Shown piece after piece: positions 19,562 to 29,426 of a stretch of 42,066 nucleotides of DNA. The DNA is from Oscillospiraceae bacterium (GTDB lineage: Bacteria; Bacillota; Clostridia; Oscillospirales; UBA929). The position numbers and the translations under genes were made by a program. The first letter of the stretch is position 1. Each line of letters opens with the position of its first letter. The stretch lies in contig JAVBPF010000031.1 of the NCBI GenBank assembly GCA_031549735.1, positions 1 through 42,066 on the forward strand, written 5' to 3'. The notes beneath the pieces are model-generated. The model saw only the letters and a list, made by a program, of their open reading frames with translations. It made no database searches and was not told where the DNA came from.

Positions 19562-19766
19562 CCAACAAAAAAGATCACGCAAGAAAAACTCCTGCATGAC
19601 CCAAAACGCATGGGAACCCTCTGAGCGCAAAACGACAGAGACTAACCAAGTCATTTGAAATCAGCGCGTTTTTCTTGCTGCGGCAAACCACGGCCAGACA
19701 AGCCGGGATTTGAAGACACATTAGCAAGAAAAATGGCGCATTCTTCCACTCCGTCCGTTTCATGAT
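19562..19766 (-). promoter_or_regulatory. Attenuator leader of the ABC-F gene
   Basis: Two UUUUUCUUGC copies (19724-19733 and 19579-19588) compete for one GCAAGAAAAA (19669-19678). A U-tract at 19567-19572 lies just before the SD. Confidence 0.7.
19721..19741 (-). CDS. Leader peptide uORF MRHFSC
   Basis: ATG CGC CAT TTT TCT TGC TAA, preceded by GGAGTGG, about 25 nt after the predicted transcription start. Confidence 0.65.
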   Translation of the reverse strand: MRHFSC

Positions 19767-19772
19767 GATGAT

Positions 19773-19801
19773 AATATAACAGAAATCATGCCTGAGGTCA
19801 A
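19773..19801 (-). promoter_or_regulatory. SigA promoter of the ABC-F gene
   Basis: TTGACC-17 bp-TATATT with an extended TG. Confidence 0.7.
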
Positions 19802-19895
19802 GTGGGTGACGCTTCCTCCTCTCCCTGACGCCCCCTCCTTTTTGCCCCTCTCTGTGCGCGTTCGTTCACGGATTACCGTGTGCCCCATTTTTCAG

Positions 19896-19924
19896 TTGAC
19901 ACTGTACGCTCCCGGGTATATTAT
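19896..19924 (+). promoter_or_regulatory. SigA promoter of the CDF transporter gene
   Basis: TTGACA-17 bp-TATTAT, with an overlapping TATAAT at 19922. Confidence 0.65.
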
Positions 19925-19984
19925 AATTAGAAACACCCTGCGGCCTTTCGTCCAGGACGATCCCACTTTGGGGGAGGAGATGCC

Positions 19985-20890
19985 GTGACTTCGCAGGAAC
20001 GCCTCCGGATGGCAAACCATGTCAGCATCGTCACCATCATCTTCAATGCGTTGCTCTCAGCGGGTAAGCTGGCGGTGGGGCTTCTGTGTTTCAGTGCCGC
20101 CCTGGTGGCCGATGCCATGCACAGCCTATCCGACGTTTTGAGTACCTTTGTGGTCATGTTCGGCGTCAGAATGGGCGCGCGTGAGGCTGACAATGATCAC
20201 CCGTATGGACACGAAAAAATGGAGGCCATGGCTTCCTCCGTGCTGGCGCTGTTTCTGCTGGCCGTCGGCCTGTACATTGGGGTGCAAGGCATCCTCTCCA
20301 TACCGCCCGCGCTGTCCGGAGAAACAGAACATAAACCGACATGGCTGGCGGCCATCGCGGCCTTTGTGTCCATTGTCGTGAAGGAATGGATGTATCGCTA
20401 CACCAACCGCGCCGCCGGGAAAATCGACTCCACGGCGCTGCTGGCCGACGCATGGCACCACCGCAGCGACGCCTTTTCCTCGGTGGGCAGCCTCATCGGT
20501 ATCGTAGGCGCGCTGTTGGGCGTGGCCGTGCTCGATCCGCTTGCGTCTATCGTCATCGCCGGGTTCATCGTGCAGGTGGCCATAGCGATTTTTCGTTCGG
20601 CGGTCAATCAAACGGTGGATGCCTCGGCAAGCGCAAAAGATGAGGGGGCCATCCGGGCGCTCATTCTGGAAACGCCGGGCGTCTTTCACATCGACGAACT
20701 CAAAACGCGGCAGCACGCCAATCGACTCTATGTGGACGTGGAACTCTCGGTCGACAGCTCGCTCAGCCTGTGTGAGGCGCATGACATCGCCGAGCAGGTT
20801 CACAAGAGTATAGAGGCCGGGTTCCCGCAGGTTAAGCATTGTATGGTACACATCAACCCGGACAACCACGAGGACGATCCGGAAGTATAG
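19985..20890 (+). CDS. Cation diffusion facilitator family transporter (FieF-like)
   Basis: ADAMHSLSD, HPYGHEKME and ADAWHHRSD motifs. C-terminal dimerisation domain with AHDIA..VH and VHINP. Confidence 0.93.
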   Translation: MTSQERLRMANHVSIVTIIFNALLSAGKLAVGLLCFSAALVADAMHSLSDVLSTFVVMFGVRMGAREADNDHPYGHEKMEAMASSVLALFLLAVGLYIGVQGILSIPPALSGETEHKPTWLAAIAAFVSIVVKEWMYRYTNRAAGKIDSTALLADAWHHRSDAFSSVGSLIGIVGALLGVAVLDPLASIVIAGFIVQVAIAIFRSAVNQTVDASASAKDEGAIRALILETPGVFHIDELKTRQHANRLYVDVELSVDSSLSLCEAHDIAEQVHKSIEAGFPQVKHCMVHINPDNHEDDPEV

Positions 20891-20965
20891 TGATCTTATC
20901 TATGTGTCCCCGCGCGCCGCGCGCGCTTTGTGATAAAACGAAGAGCAAAGAATGAGGTGATATAA

Positions 20966-21514
20966 GTGGCCAATGATTTGTTCCAGATGGCGAGCCGCAT
21001 ACGCGAGCTTCGGGAGATCAGCGGCATCGGTGTTGCCGAGCTGGCCGCCGAGCTGGGTACAACCCCCGAAAAATACGAAAGCTATGAAAGCGAAGGAACC
21101 GATATTCCGATCTCGGTACTCTATCATCTGTCGGCGCGATTCGGTGTGGATCTGGGTGAGCTGCTGACCGGAAGCTCGCCGCATCTGTCCACCTTTTCGG
21201 TCGTAAGAAAGGGCAAGGGCATGGAAATCAGCCGTTACCCCGGCTATGAGTTCCACAGTCTGGCGCACACGTTCAAGCACAAGATGATGGAGCCGCTTCT
21301 GGTGACGCTCGAGCCGTCCGACGAGGATCCGGCGCTTGTCAGTCATGTCGGGCAGGAGTTCAATTATGTCCTTGAGGGCACGATCGAACTCATCTTCGAC
21401 AACAAGCGCGTCCGCCTCAGCGCGGGCGACAGCGTCTACTTCGACCCGACCCACCCGCACGGCCAGCGCGCCGTCGACGGTCGGAGCGCCTTTCTCACCG
21501 TGATTGCGGAATAG
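20966..21514 (+). CDS. XRE-family HTH plus cupin transcriptional regulator
   Basis: N-terminal HTH (RIRELRE..YESYE). Cupin motif H.GQEFNYVLEG...GDSVYFDPTHPHG. Confidence 0.9.
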   Translation: MANDLFQMASRIRELREISGIGVAELAAELGTTPEKYESYESEGTDIPISVLYHLSARFGVDLGELLTGSSPHLSTFSVVRKGKGMEISRYPGYEFHSLAHTFKHKMMEPLLVTLEPSDEDPALVSHVGQEFNYVLEGTIELIFDNKRVRLSAGDSVYFDPTHPHGQRAVDGRSAFLTVIAE

Positions 21515-21537
21515 TCCTTCTGGAGAGGAACATACAC

Positions 21538-23208
21538 ATGTTTTTGTTGAATAAGTTTTTGCCTCGGATTGATTTCGATTCCTATAAGGATTTCAAGGCC
21601 AATTACCGGGTCGACATTCCGGAACACTTCAATTTCGGATTCGACGTGGTCGACACCTGGGCGGAGCATGAACCGGACAAGCGCGCGCTTGTCTGGTGCG
21701 ACGACCATGGCGGAGAGCGCACCTTCACCTTTTCTGAAATCAAAGCACTGTCCAACCGCGCCGTTCACTTTTTCAAAGCGCAGGGCGTGGGCCGTGGCGA
21801 CGTGGTGATGATGATCCTGCGCCGCCGTTGGGAATATTGGATCGCGGCTGTAGCGCTGTGCAAGCTGGGCGCGGTGGTCATTCCGGCCTCGCTTCAGCTG
21901 ACGGCCAAGGACATTGTCTATCGGATTCAAGCGGCCAAAATCAAAATGCTGGTCTGTGTCGACGACGCTTTTGTCATCTCGCAGGTCGAGGAGGCACTGA
22001 CACAAATCGAATCAAAGCCCGTCAAAGCGCTGGTTGGCGCGCCGCGTGACGGATGGCTGGATTTCAATCAGGGTTTGGAGGACAAGCCCGAGACCTTTGC
22101 GCGTCCCACCGGGGATGACGCCACCCGCAACGACGACCTGATGCTGATCTACTTCACCTCGGGCACGACCGGTATGCCCAAGATGGTGTCTCACCCGCAC
22201 ATCCACCCGCTTGGCCATATTGTCACCGCGCACTACTGGCAGCGTGTAAAGGAAAACGGCTTGCATATGTCGGTGTCCGATTCGGGCTGGGCCAAGTTCG
22301 GCTGGGGGAAAATATACGGACAGTGGATTTGCGGCGCGGCCATTTTTGCGTACGATATGGACAAGTTTGTCCCGAAAAATCTGTTGTCCATGATCGAAAA
22401 ATATCGATTGACCAGTTTTTGCGCGCCGCCCACCATGTACCGATTCATGTTGCAGGAGGATGTGGCTCGTTACGATCTGTCATCGGTCGAGCACTTCGGT
22501 CTGGCCGGCGAGCCGCTCAATCCCGAGGTGTTCCGTAAGTGGTATGAGCTGACCGGACACAAAATGACCGAGGGCTTTGGACAATCCGAATCCACCGTGC
22601 TGGTGGCCAATTACCAGTGGTTCGAGCCCAAGCCAGGCTCGATGGGGAAAGCGTCTCCCCTTTACGACATCGATCTGATCGACGCCAACGGCCAGCCCTG
22701 CGCCGAGGGTGAGGAAGGCGAGCTCATCGTCCGCGACGTGAAAAAGCACCCGCCGGTCGGCTTGTTCACCGGTTATTACCTCGACGACGAATTGACTGAA
22801 AAGGCCATGGGGCAGGGGTACTACAACACCGGCGACGTGGCTTGGCGCGATGCCGACGGTTACTTCTGGTTTGTCGGGCGCAACGACGACGTCATCAAAT
22901 GCTCAGGCTACCGCATCGGCCCGTTTGAAGTCGAGTCGGCGCTGCTGGAGCATCCGGCCGTCACCGAGTGCGCCGTCACCGCCGCGCCCGATCCGGTGCG
23001 CGGGCATGTGGTCAAGGCCAGTATCATCTTGGCGCCCGGGCACGTCCCGTCCCCCGAGCTGGCGAAAGAATTACAGGAGCATGTCAAGCGGGTGACCGCG
23101 CCTTACAAATACCCGCGCATCGTGGAATTTGTCGCCGAATTGCCCAAGACGGTCAGCGGTAAAATCAAGCGTGCGCAGATACGCCGGGAGGACGAGGGTC
23201 AAAACTGA
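21538..23208 (+). CDS. AMP-forming acyl-CoA synthetase (ANL family)
   Basis: YFTSGTTGMPK P-loop, EGFGQSE, YNTGD, GRNDDVIK, LPKTVSGKIKR. Confidence 0.92.
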   Translation: MFLLNKFLPRIDFDSYKDFKANYRVDIPEHFNFGFDVVDTWAEHEPDKRALVWCDDHGGERTFTFSEIKALSNRAVHFFKAQGVGRGDVVMMILRRRWEYWIAAVALCKLGAVVIPASLQLTAKDIVYRIQAAKIKMLVCVDDAFVISQVEEALTQIESKPVKALVGAPRDGWLDFNQGLEDKPETFARPTGDDATRNDDLMLIYFTSGTTGMPKMVSHPHIHPLGHIVTAHYWQRVKENGLHMSVSDSGWAKFGWGKIYGQWICGAAIFAYDMDKFVPKNLLSMIEKYRLTSFCAPPTMYRFMLQEDVARYDLSSVEHFGLAGEPLNPEVFRKWYELTGHKMTEGFGQSESTVLVANYQWFEPKPGSMGKASPLYDIDLIDANGQPCAEGEEGELIVRDVKKHPPVGLFTGYYLDDELTEKAMGQGYYNTGDVAWRDADGYFWFVGRNDDVIKCSGYRIGPFEVESALLEHPAVTECAVTAAPDPVRGHVVKASIILAPGHVPSPELAKELQEHVKRVTAPYKYPRIVEFVAELPKTVSGKIKRAQIRREDEGQN

Positions 23209-23225
23209 ACAGAATGGACTCAATT

Positions 23226-23258
23226 AAGAGGCGGCCAACCGGCCGCCTCTTTTTTTTC
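23226..23258. terminator. Intrinsic terminator after the acyl-CoA synthetase gene
   Basis: aagaggcggcc-aacc-ggccgcctctt followed by a T run. Lies between convergent genes. Confidence 0.85.
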
Positions 23259-23272
23259 TTCTGCTGCTGCTT

Positions 23273-23998
23273 TTATCGGTTCTCGTTCCACATGCGCCAT
23301 AAAAAATCTTCAGGGTGGGTACGGTACCAGTAGGGTACGGCAAACCGATCGTAGAGCGGCAATGCCAGCCGCCAGCTCAGATGGGCCCGCGCGCGGGGGG
23401 TAAACTGCGCCCGCCGCCCGAAATAATCGCGCAGCAAGACCTTTTCCGGTTCGGACAGCGGATAGCGTGGGTAACGGGGCACTTGCGCCGCGGGCGCCAA
23501 ACTGGCGCGTAGCGCGTTCAGGCTCACTTTGTCCCGTCTCGGCTCGTGGATGACCAGGGTGTCCATCACGATATCACCCACCCGGCGATCCCGCCCGTCG
23601 ACGAACATGGTCACAACACCCACGCCGTACAGTGCCGGCAGAAAATCCAACAACCGGAACAGGTTTCGACCCAGAGCGCCCACCCAGTCAAGCGGTCTGC
23701 CGTCGGCGTGAATGACGCGCAGGCGCACAATCATTTTGCCCGGCGTCCGACCCTTGCAAAATCCTTCGAATAGGATAAAATAGAAGAAGAAAAGAAGGGC
23801 CGCCGAAAGAATGATGAATGCGGTGTAAAATGAGGCGAAGCCGCCCGCCGACGCCCCGGCCAGCAGCAAAAGCACAAAGGCGATGCCCTGGAAGATCATG
23901 TCCAGCGCCACGGCCAGAAAGCGCGAACCGATGCCGGCGCGCTGATAGGACAGATAGACTTGCTCGGTGGTGTCGACGCGATAGCGGGAAACGTCCAA
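23273..23998 (-). CDS. RDD family membrane protein
   Basis: AGIGSRFLAVALD, GRTPGK...LRVI, RNLFRLLD and RRVGD motifs. TTG start with GAGGTG RBS. Confidence 0.88.
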   Translation of the reverse strand: MDVSRYRVDTTEQVYLSYQRAGIGSRFLAVALDMIFQGIAFVLLLLAGASAGGFASFYTAFIILSAALLFFFYFILFEGFCKGRTPGKMIVRLRVIHADGRPLDWVGALGRNLFRLLDFLPALYGVGVVTMFVDGRDRRVGDIVMDTLVIHEPRRDKVSLNALRASLAPAAQVPRYPRYPLSEPEKVLLRDYFGRRAQFTPRARAHLSWRLALPLYDRFAVPYWYRTHPEDFLWRMWNENR

Positions 23999-24090
23999 AA
24001 AATCACCTCATCAACAGGAGCATTTTGATGGATTCAGCGTTAACCGGGAATCATTCTGAGCAACTCAGATTTCACCAAGGAGTGGATGTC

Positions 24091-25038
24091 TTGACAGAAG
24101 AGGCCTTTGTTCGCGGGCACGCCGCCGCCTGGCACGCTCTGGAGGAGAACCTGAAACAGGGCGTCCCGCATGATTTCGAAGCCATGACCCGGCGGTCGGC
24201 GCTGCGCCGGGGTGTAACCCGGCACCTCTCATACGCGCAGACGCATTTCCCCGATTCGGAGGTCTGCCGGTATCTCAACACATTGGCCGGCAAGGCGCAT
24301 GTGGATGCCGAGCGCAAGCGGCGCGCCCGCCGCAATCCCGCACGCTTTTTCCTCCGCGACATCCCGAAAACCGTATTGGCCGGCAAGGCCTTTTGGCTCA
24401 CCGCCATCGGACTGTTCGGTCTGGCTTTTTTGTACGCCTATCTGTTTGTACATTTCAGCCCGTCCTCGGCGGGCGCGTTTTTGCCGCCGGAATACCTGTC
24501 GGCCGGTGTGAACCCGGGCGGCGGTTCGGCCTACTGGGACGGAACGGTGATGTCGTCGGGCATCATGGTCAACAACATCATGGTGTCGATCATGGCCTTC
24601 GCCTACGGCATCACGCTGGGCCTGGGCACGCTGTATGTGCTGGTGCAGAATGGTCTTATGCTGGGCGGGCTGGCCGCGCTGGTCACCGACGCGGGTCACG
24701 GGACACTGTTCTGGTCGCTTATTCTGCCGCACGGCGTGTTTGAGTTGTTCTCCATTTTCCTGTCGGCCGGCGCCGGGCTGTCCATCGGCTATGCGTTCAT
24801 GCGTCCCGCGCCCTATACACGCGGCGACGCGCTGAAGAAAAATGCCCGCGCCGCCATGAAGCAATTGGTGTTGGTCTGTGTTCTGCTCGTCGTGGCCGGG
24901 CTCATCGAGGGGTTCTTTACGCCCAGCGATCTGCCGGTTTGGAGCAAGTTCGTATTTTCCGGCGTGTGCGCGTTGATTCTTATCGCCTACCTGCTGGGCA
25001 GTCGGGGAGAAAAGCGTTCGCCCGCGGCTTCACCATAA
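24091..25038 (+). CDS. Stage II sporulation protein M (DUF95)-like membrane protein
   Basis: N-terminal W..LE...HLSYAQT...YLN, then IMVNN, QNG, ILPHGVFEL and AGLIEGFFTP. TTG at 24091 follows AAGGAG; alternative ATG at 24028. Confidence 0.85.
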   Translation: MTEEAFVRGHAAAWHALEENLKQGVPHDFEAMTRRSALRRGVTRHLSYAQTHFPDSEVCRYLNTLAGKAHVDAERKRRARRNPARFFLRDIPKTVLAGKAFWLTAIGLFGLAFLYAYLFVHFSPSSAGAFLPPEYLSAGVNPGGGSAYWDGTVMSSGIMVNNIMVSIMAFAYGITLGLGTLYVLVQNGLMLGGLAALVTDAGHGTLFWSLILPHGVFELFSIFLSAGAGLSIGYAFMRPAPYTRGDALKKNARAAMKQLVLVCVLLVVAGLIEGFFTPSDLPVWSKFVFSGVCALILIAYLLGSRGEKRSPAASP

Positions 25039-25081
25039 GGGCGGGCACTCTCGACGCAATGAGGGCTCGGTCGCTGTAAAA

Positions 25082-26383
25082 TCAAATCTTCCGCTTCAAT
25101 AACATATACTTCCGAACCAGCTCGGGCAAAACCCGATGCGGGTCGGACGCCACGACGTCGCCCTGTCTGTTGAAGATGTGGGCGGCGTCTGTTTGCGCTG
25201 TTTCCCGATAGGCGCCCGCGCCCTTCAGCGCCAGGTCGGACAAGTTCTCCGTGTCACTTCGCAGAATCTCATCCACCGACGGGTCGAACAGCGACACCAC
25301 GGTCAGCGCGTGATGCGACGCCAGCACCGAAAGCTCTCCGGCGGCAGCCCGTGCCGCTTCATCATCCTCAAAGAAGGAAAAGAGAAACACAAGCCCGCGC
25401 TTGCGAAACCGTCTGAGCACCTCGCCCGACAGCTGCGCGTAGCCGCTGGCGCGGCGGGTCGGCGCGGCGTTGTACATGGCGGCCAAAAGCTTGTTCATCT
25501 GCGCCTGTCCTTTGTCAGGCGGCACATAGAGCTGCACCTCGCTGTCGAACAACACAAGACCCACGCGGTCGCCCGAGATGAGGGAGACCTGCATCAGCGC
25601 GGCGGCGTTTTCCAGCGTCCGATCCAGGCGTGTCACCACGCCCATCGGCGCGCCCATCCAGCGCCCAGTGTCGATGGCCACCAAGACCTCCCGGTTTTTT
25701 TCGACCTGATAGGTGTTGGTCATCGGCTTTTCCATGCGGGCAGTGGCCATCCAGTTGACCCGCCGGGTGTCGTCGCCCGAGACGTACTCGCGAATGTTCT
25801 CAAATTCCGAACCGCCGCCCCTGAGGCGCTGTAACGCCGCGTCCTCACGGGAGAGCAGGTTTCGTTTGGTGAGCATCTGATATTTACGCATGGCCGTAAG
25901 GTCGGGATAGACCGGCGTCGTACCGGGGCAGGGCAGCACAAAACGCTTGACGCACAGCCCCCATCGGCCGGTCAGCGCGACATGACAGCCGCCAAAGGCA
26001 AAAGAGCCCCGTTCGGCCGGACAGACCGTGTACGCGATGCGGTGTGTCTCCCCGGGCGCCAGCGTCAGCGTCTGCGCCTCGTGCCGCGCGGCGAACAGGG
26101 GGGGCGGCGCGTCGCAGACAACCAGGTTCAGGCTTACACCGGCGGTGTTGGTCAGCGTCAGCTCGACCGAGGACGGCCTCCGCTGCTCCAGAAAAGCGTC
26201 GACCCGGCGTGAAACCATGAGCGCCTTTTTTCCGGGCGACCGACGCCAGTCGAGGACAAACAGCAGGCACACGATCAGCGCGTATCCCAACAGAACCGGC
26301 CACAAGACCCCCGGAAGCGCGCCGAGGGGCGCAACAAGCAGCGTGCCGAACAGCAGGAAGACGGTGCGTTTGGTCAGGCCCAA
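25082..26383 (-). CDS. DUF58/vWA-domain protein, membrane-anchored MoxR partner
   Basis: Two N-terminal TMs, an Ig-like region (RGSFAFG), EFENIREYVSGDD.RRVNWMATAR, vWA start VAIDTGRWM and GDRVGLVLF. TTG start with AAGGAGGTG RBS. Confidence 0.88.
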   Translation of the reverse strand: MGLTKRTVFLLFGTLLVAPLGALPGVLWPVLLGYALIVCLLFVLDWRRSPGKKALMVSRRVDAFLEQRRPSSVELTLTNTAGVSLNLVVCDAPPPLFAARHEAQTLTLAPGETHRIAYTVCPAERGSFAFGGCHVALTGRWGLCVKRFVLPCPGTTPVYPDLTAMRKYQMLTKRNLLSREDAALQRLRGGGSEFENIREYVSGDDTRRVNWMATARMEKPMTNTYQVEKNREVLVAIDTGRWMGAPMGVVTRLDRTLENAAALMQVSLISGDRVGLVLFDSEVQLYVPPDKGQAQMNKLLAAMYNAAPTRRASGYAQLSGEVLRRFRKRGLVFLFSFFEDDEAARAAAGELSVLASHHALTVVSLFDPSVDEILRSDTENLSDLALKGAGAYRETAQTDAAHIFNRQGDVVASDPHRVLPELVRKYMLLKRKI

Positions 26384-26566
26384 GGGCTCACCTCCTTGCG
26401 GTATGGATCGATCTCTGTAAAGTACTTTGTTTAGACAACCATGTTGACTCAAAGAAATTGGTGTGAGAAAAAACATCTCGAGTCTTGCGAAAACTTAACC
26501 GCACGAGGCATCCTATTCAGGGCGTAGGGCTGAAACCGGGATTATGCTACCCGAAACCCTTTGATC

Positions 26567-26873
26567 TCATCGGTTCGGTGACTGTGTGATAACCGGCAAA
26601 GCCCGGATGACAGCGTTTGTGCAGGATTGTTTGAGCGGAAAGCAAGCCTCGCGTCTCCAAAACGTCTCTTTGGTGACTTTCATCGAAGAGCCTCGTCGAC
26701 GCGCAGGGGAAATATGGAATCTCCGCCCCCGGAAAACAGGGCTGGTCGTCTCACGCAAGACCAGGCGGCATTTTCGGAAGGCATTAGACTTATTTCTCCG
26801 GCCGCGCGGTGCGCTCGAGACTTGACACCATCGCGTGAAGAAAGTCACGTCCTTCGTTCCCCGGCAGGGACAA
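26567..26873. repeat. Dispersed intergenic repeat copy B, full length but interrupted by an insertion
   Basis: 26567-26685 and 26834-26873 align colinearly with the reverse complement of 40497-40653. Confidence 0.9.
26681..26833. mobile_element. 143-bp non-coding rod-like palindromic insertion flanked by a CATCG direct repeat (MITE-like)
   Basis: Absent from the homologous 40.5-kb copy. CATCG at 26681-26685 and 26829-26833. Imperfect inverted symmetry about ~26753. Confidence 0.6.
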
Positions 26874-26923
26874 AAACACGTCGATATACAGGACAAGTTC
26901 TGCTCGCCGACTCGCTCAAGTTT

Positions 26924-27870
<947 letters not shown>

Positions 27871-27874
<4 letters not shown>

Positions 27875-28740
27875 GATTCATTCCTCCCATGGTCGGATGT
27901 GCGCCACAGCGCGTCAATACGCCGCGACAGCGAGAGCAAAACAGCTCGGTCTTCTTTGGTCAGAGCGGAAGGTGACGCGGATGACGCGGCAAAGCGGAGA
28001 AGCCCGGTCTCCACCTGCGCATCGCGCCGCCGGGTGCGTTCGCGTACCGCCTCGTAATACAACGTGACGGCACGGACATAGTCGCCGGAATCCTCCATGA
28101 AATCGGCCAGCTGCCGGACATCCTCCACCTCGCGTCGGACGCCGTCGGCTTCCTCCAGCGCTTTGGGCGGGCCGACCGGCCGTCGCCAGAACAACAGGAG
28201 CAGCAACAGGACAATGAGCAGCGACCATCCGGCCGCCGCCACCCAGTCTGGCAGCAGAGACAGCGGCGTAAGTTCCTGTGCGGGCGCCGCCGCCGGACGG
28301 TATTCGTCAAACCAGATTGTGGCGTCGCGACTGGGCCAAAGCTGCTCAAAAAGGTCATAGAGCCGGTCGTTGTATTCAATGCTTTGATTGATATAGTCAA
28401 AGGCCGGCGTGAGGTGCAGATACCGTCCGCCCGCCTCCTCAAAGGCGTCGATGTCCGGGATCGCGGATTCGTACACGTCGGGGTCGACGCAGAGCACGAC
28501 GCCCCCTTCGATTTCGGACAGCGGCACCTCCTTGCGGGCCACATGGAATCCTGATTCCTCCAGCAGCAGATACAGTGCGCGCGTCCCGGTCGATGAGGTG
28601 GTGAGCGAATCGTAGGGCCGCCCGGTCGCCTTGGGCTGCAAACCCAGAAGGAGCAAACCGATCAGCGCGACCAAAAACAACAGAAGGAGGACGAGGTTCA
28701 GCCCCCGTCCGGAACGGGACCCGCCGGAAGTCTTGCTCAT
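27871..28740 (-). CDS. DUF4350-like membrane-anchored protein
   Basis: N-terminal TM, S...TGTRALYLLLEE.G, IWFDEY, second TM then RRPVGP. ATGA overlaps on both sides and expected position in the MoxR module. Confidence 0.7.
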
Positions 28741-29426
28741 GCCGACGCCGCCTCCCTTCCGCCGAAGAGCCGTCCGCGCCAGAGCCGGTAATCCTCCGGC
28801 AGCGCGGGCGTATCTCCGTAGCGCCGCTCGTTGAAGGCGAGGCAGAAGGCGGAGAATACGGCCGCCGCCCGGGTGTCCGCACGAACAATATCCGTATAGT
28901 ATTGGCGATTGGTGCGTCCCGGCGTCAGCGTCAGCACTCCGGTCTCGGACAGCGCCTTGAGATGCGCGTATAACAGGAACGAGAAAGCGTCGCACACCGC
29001 ATCGCTCTCATACAACCGGTCGGCATGGCGCAAAAGCTCCTGCGAGGAGTCGTCTTTCAGGGTGGGCGCGGGCGCGGACGGCGCGGCCTGGCGCGGCGGC
29101 GCCCGGCGTCTGACCAGACGGACAATAAGATAGACAAGCGCCGCGACCAGCACGGCCGCCAGCACAATCAGCAGGACGTCGGCCCGTCCGTTTTCATCGA
29201 TGAAGAGGGACAAGAGATCGTTCAGTCTTTCCCCAAGCCACTGGAGCGCGCGTTCCCAAAAGCTCGGCTGCGGCGGCGCGAACTCCGGCCGTCCCAAAAT
29301 ATCGCGCAGGCGCTCCCGGATATCCGCCTGCCCGGGCAGATCCCCGGTGCCCGTCCAAAGGGCGCCCCAACCAAACGCACCCGAACCAAGGACGCGTTTG
29401 AGATTCAGTTGTCTGCTCCGCCTCAT
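28737..29426 (-). CDS. DUF4129-like membrane protein
   Basis: ILGRPEF, a TM helix, then A..LLY..L..L...PGRTNRQY...F...YG in the C-terminal domain. Confidence 0.75.
   Translation of the reverse strand: MRRSRQLNLKRVLGSGAFGWGALWTGTGDLPGQADIRERLRDILGRPEFAPPQPSFWERALQWLGERLNDLLSLFIDENGRADVLLIVLAAVLVAALVYLIVRLVRRRAPPRQAAPSAPAPTLKDDSSQELLRHADRLYESDAVCDAFSFLLYAHLKALSETGVLTLTPGRTNRQYYTDIVRADTRAAAVFSAFCLAFNERRYGDTPALPEDYRLWRGRLFGGREAASA

Noticed and set aside
19575-19763. 62-aa ORF spanning the ABC-F leader
   Set aside because: Starts almost at the predicted TSS with no SD. The SD-preceded MRHFSC uORF explains the leader better.
24091-25038. Calling this gene the true sporulation gene spoIIM
   Set aside because: It is the longer DUF95-type protein with the N-terminal extension found in the MoxR module, not in the engulfment gene context.
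26590-26660. GGCAAA..GGAAA..GCAAGCC resemblance to a c-di-GMP-I riboswitch
   Set aside because: The GAAA-tetraloop stem and receptor arrangement are not present, and the sequence is part of the dispersed repeat.
26567-26896. Short ORFs in repeats B and C sharing ITGKARMTAF-like peptides (also 40497-40886)
   Set aside because: The similarity comes from the DNA repeat. Frames, starts and stops are not conserved between copies.
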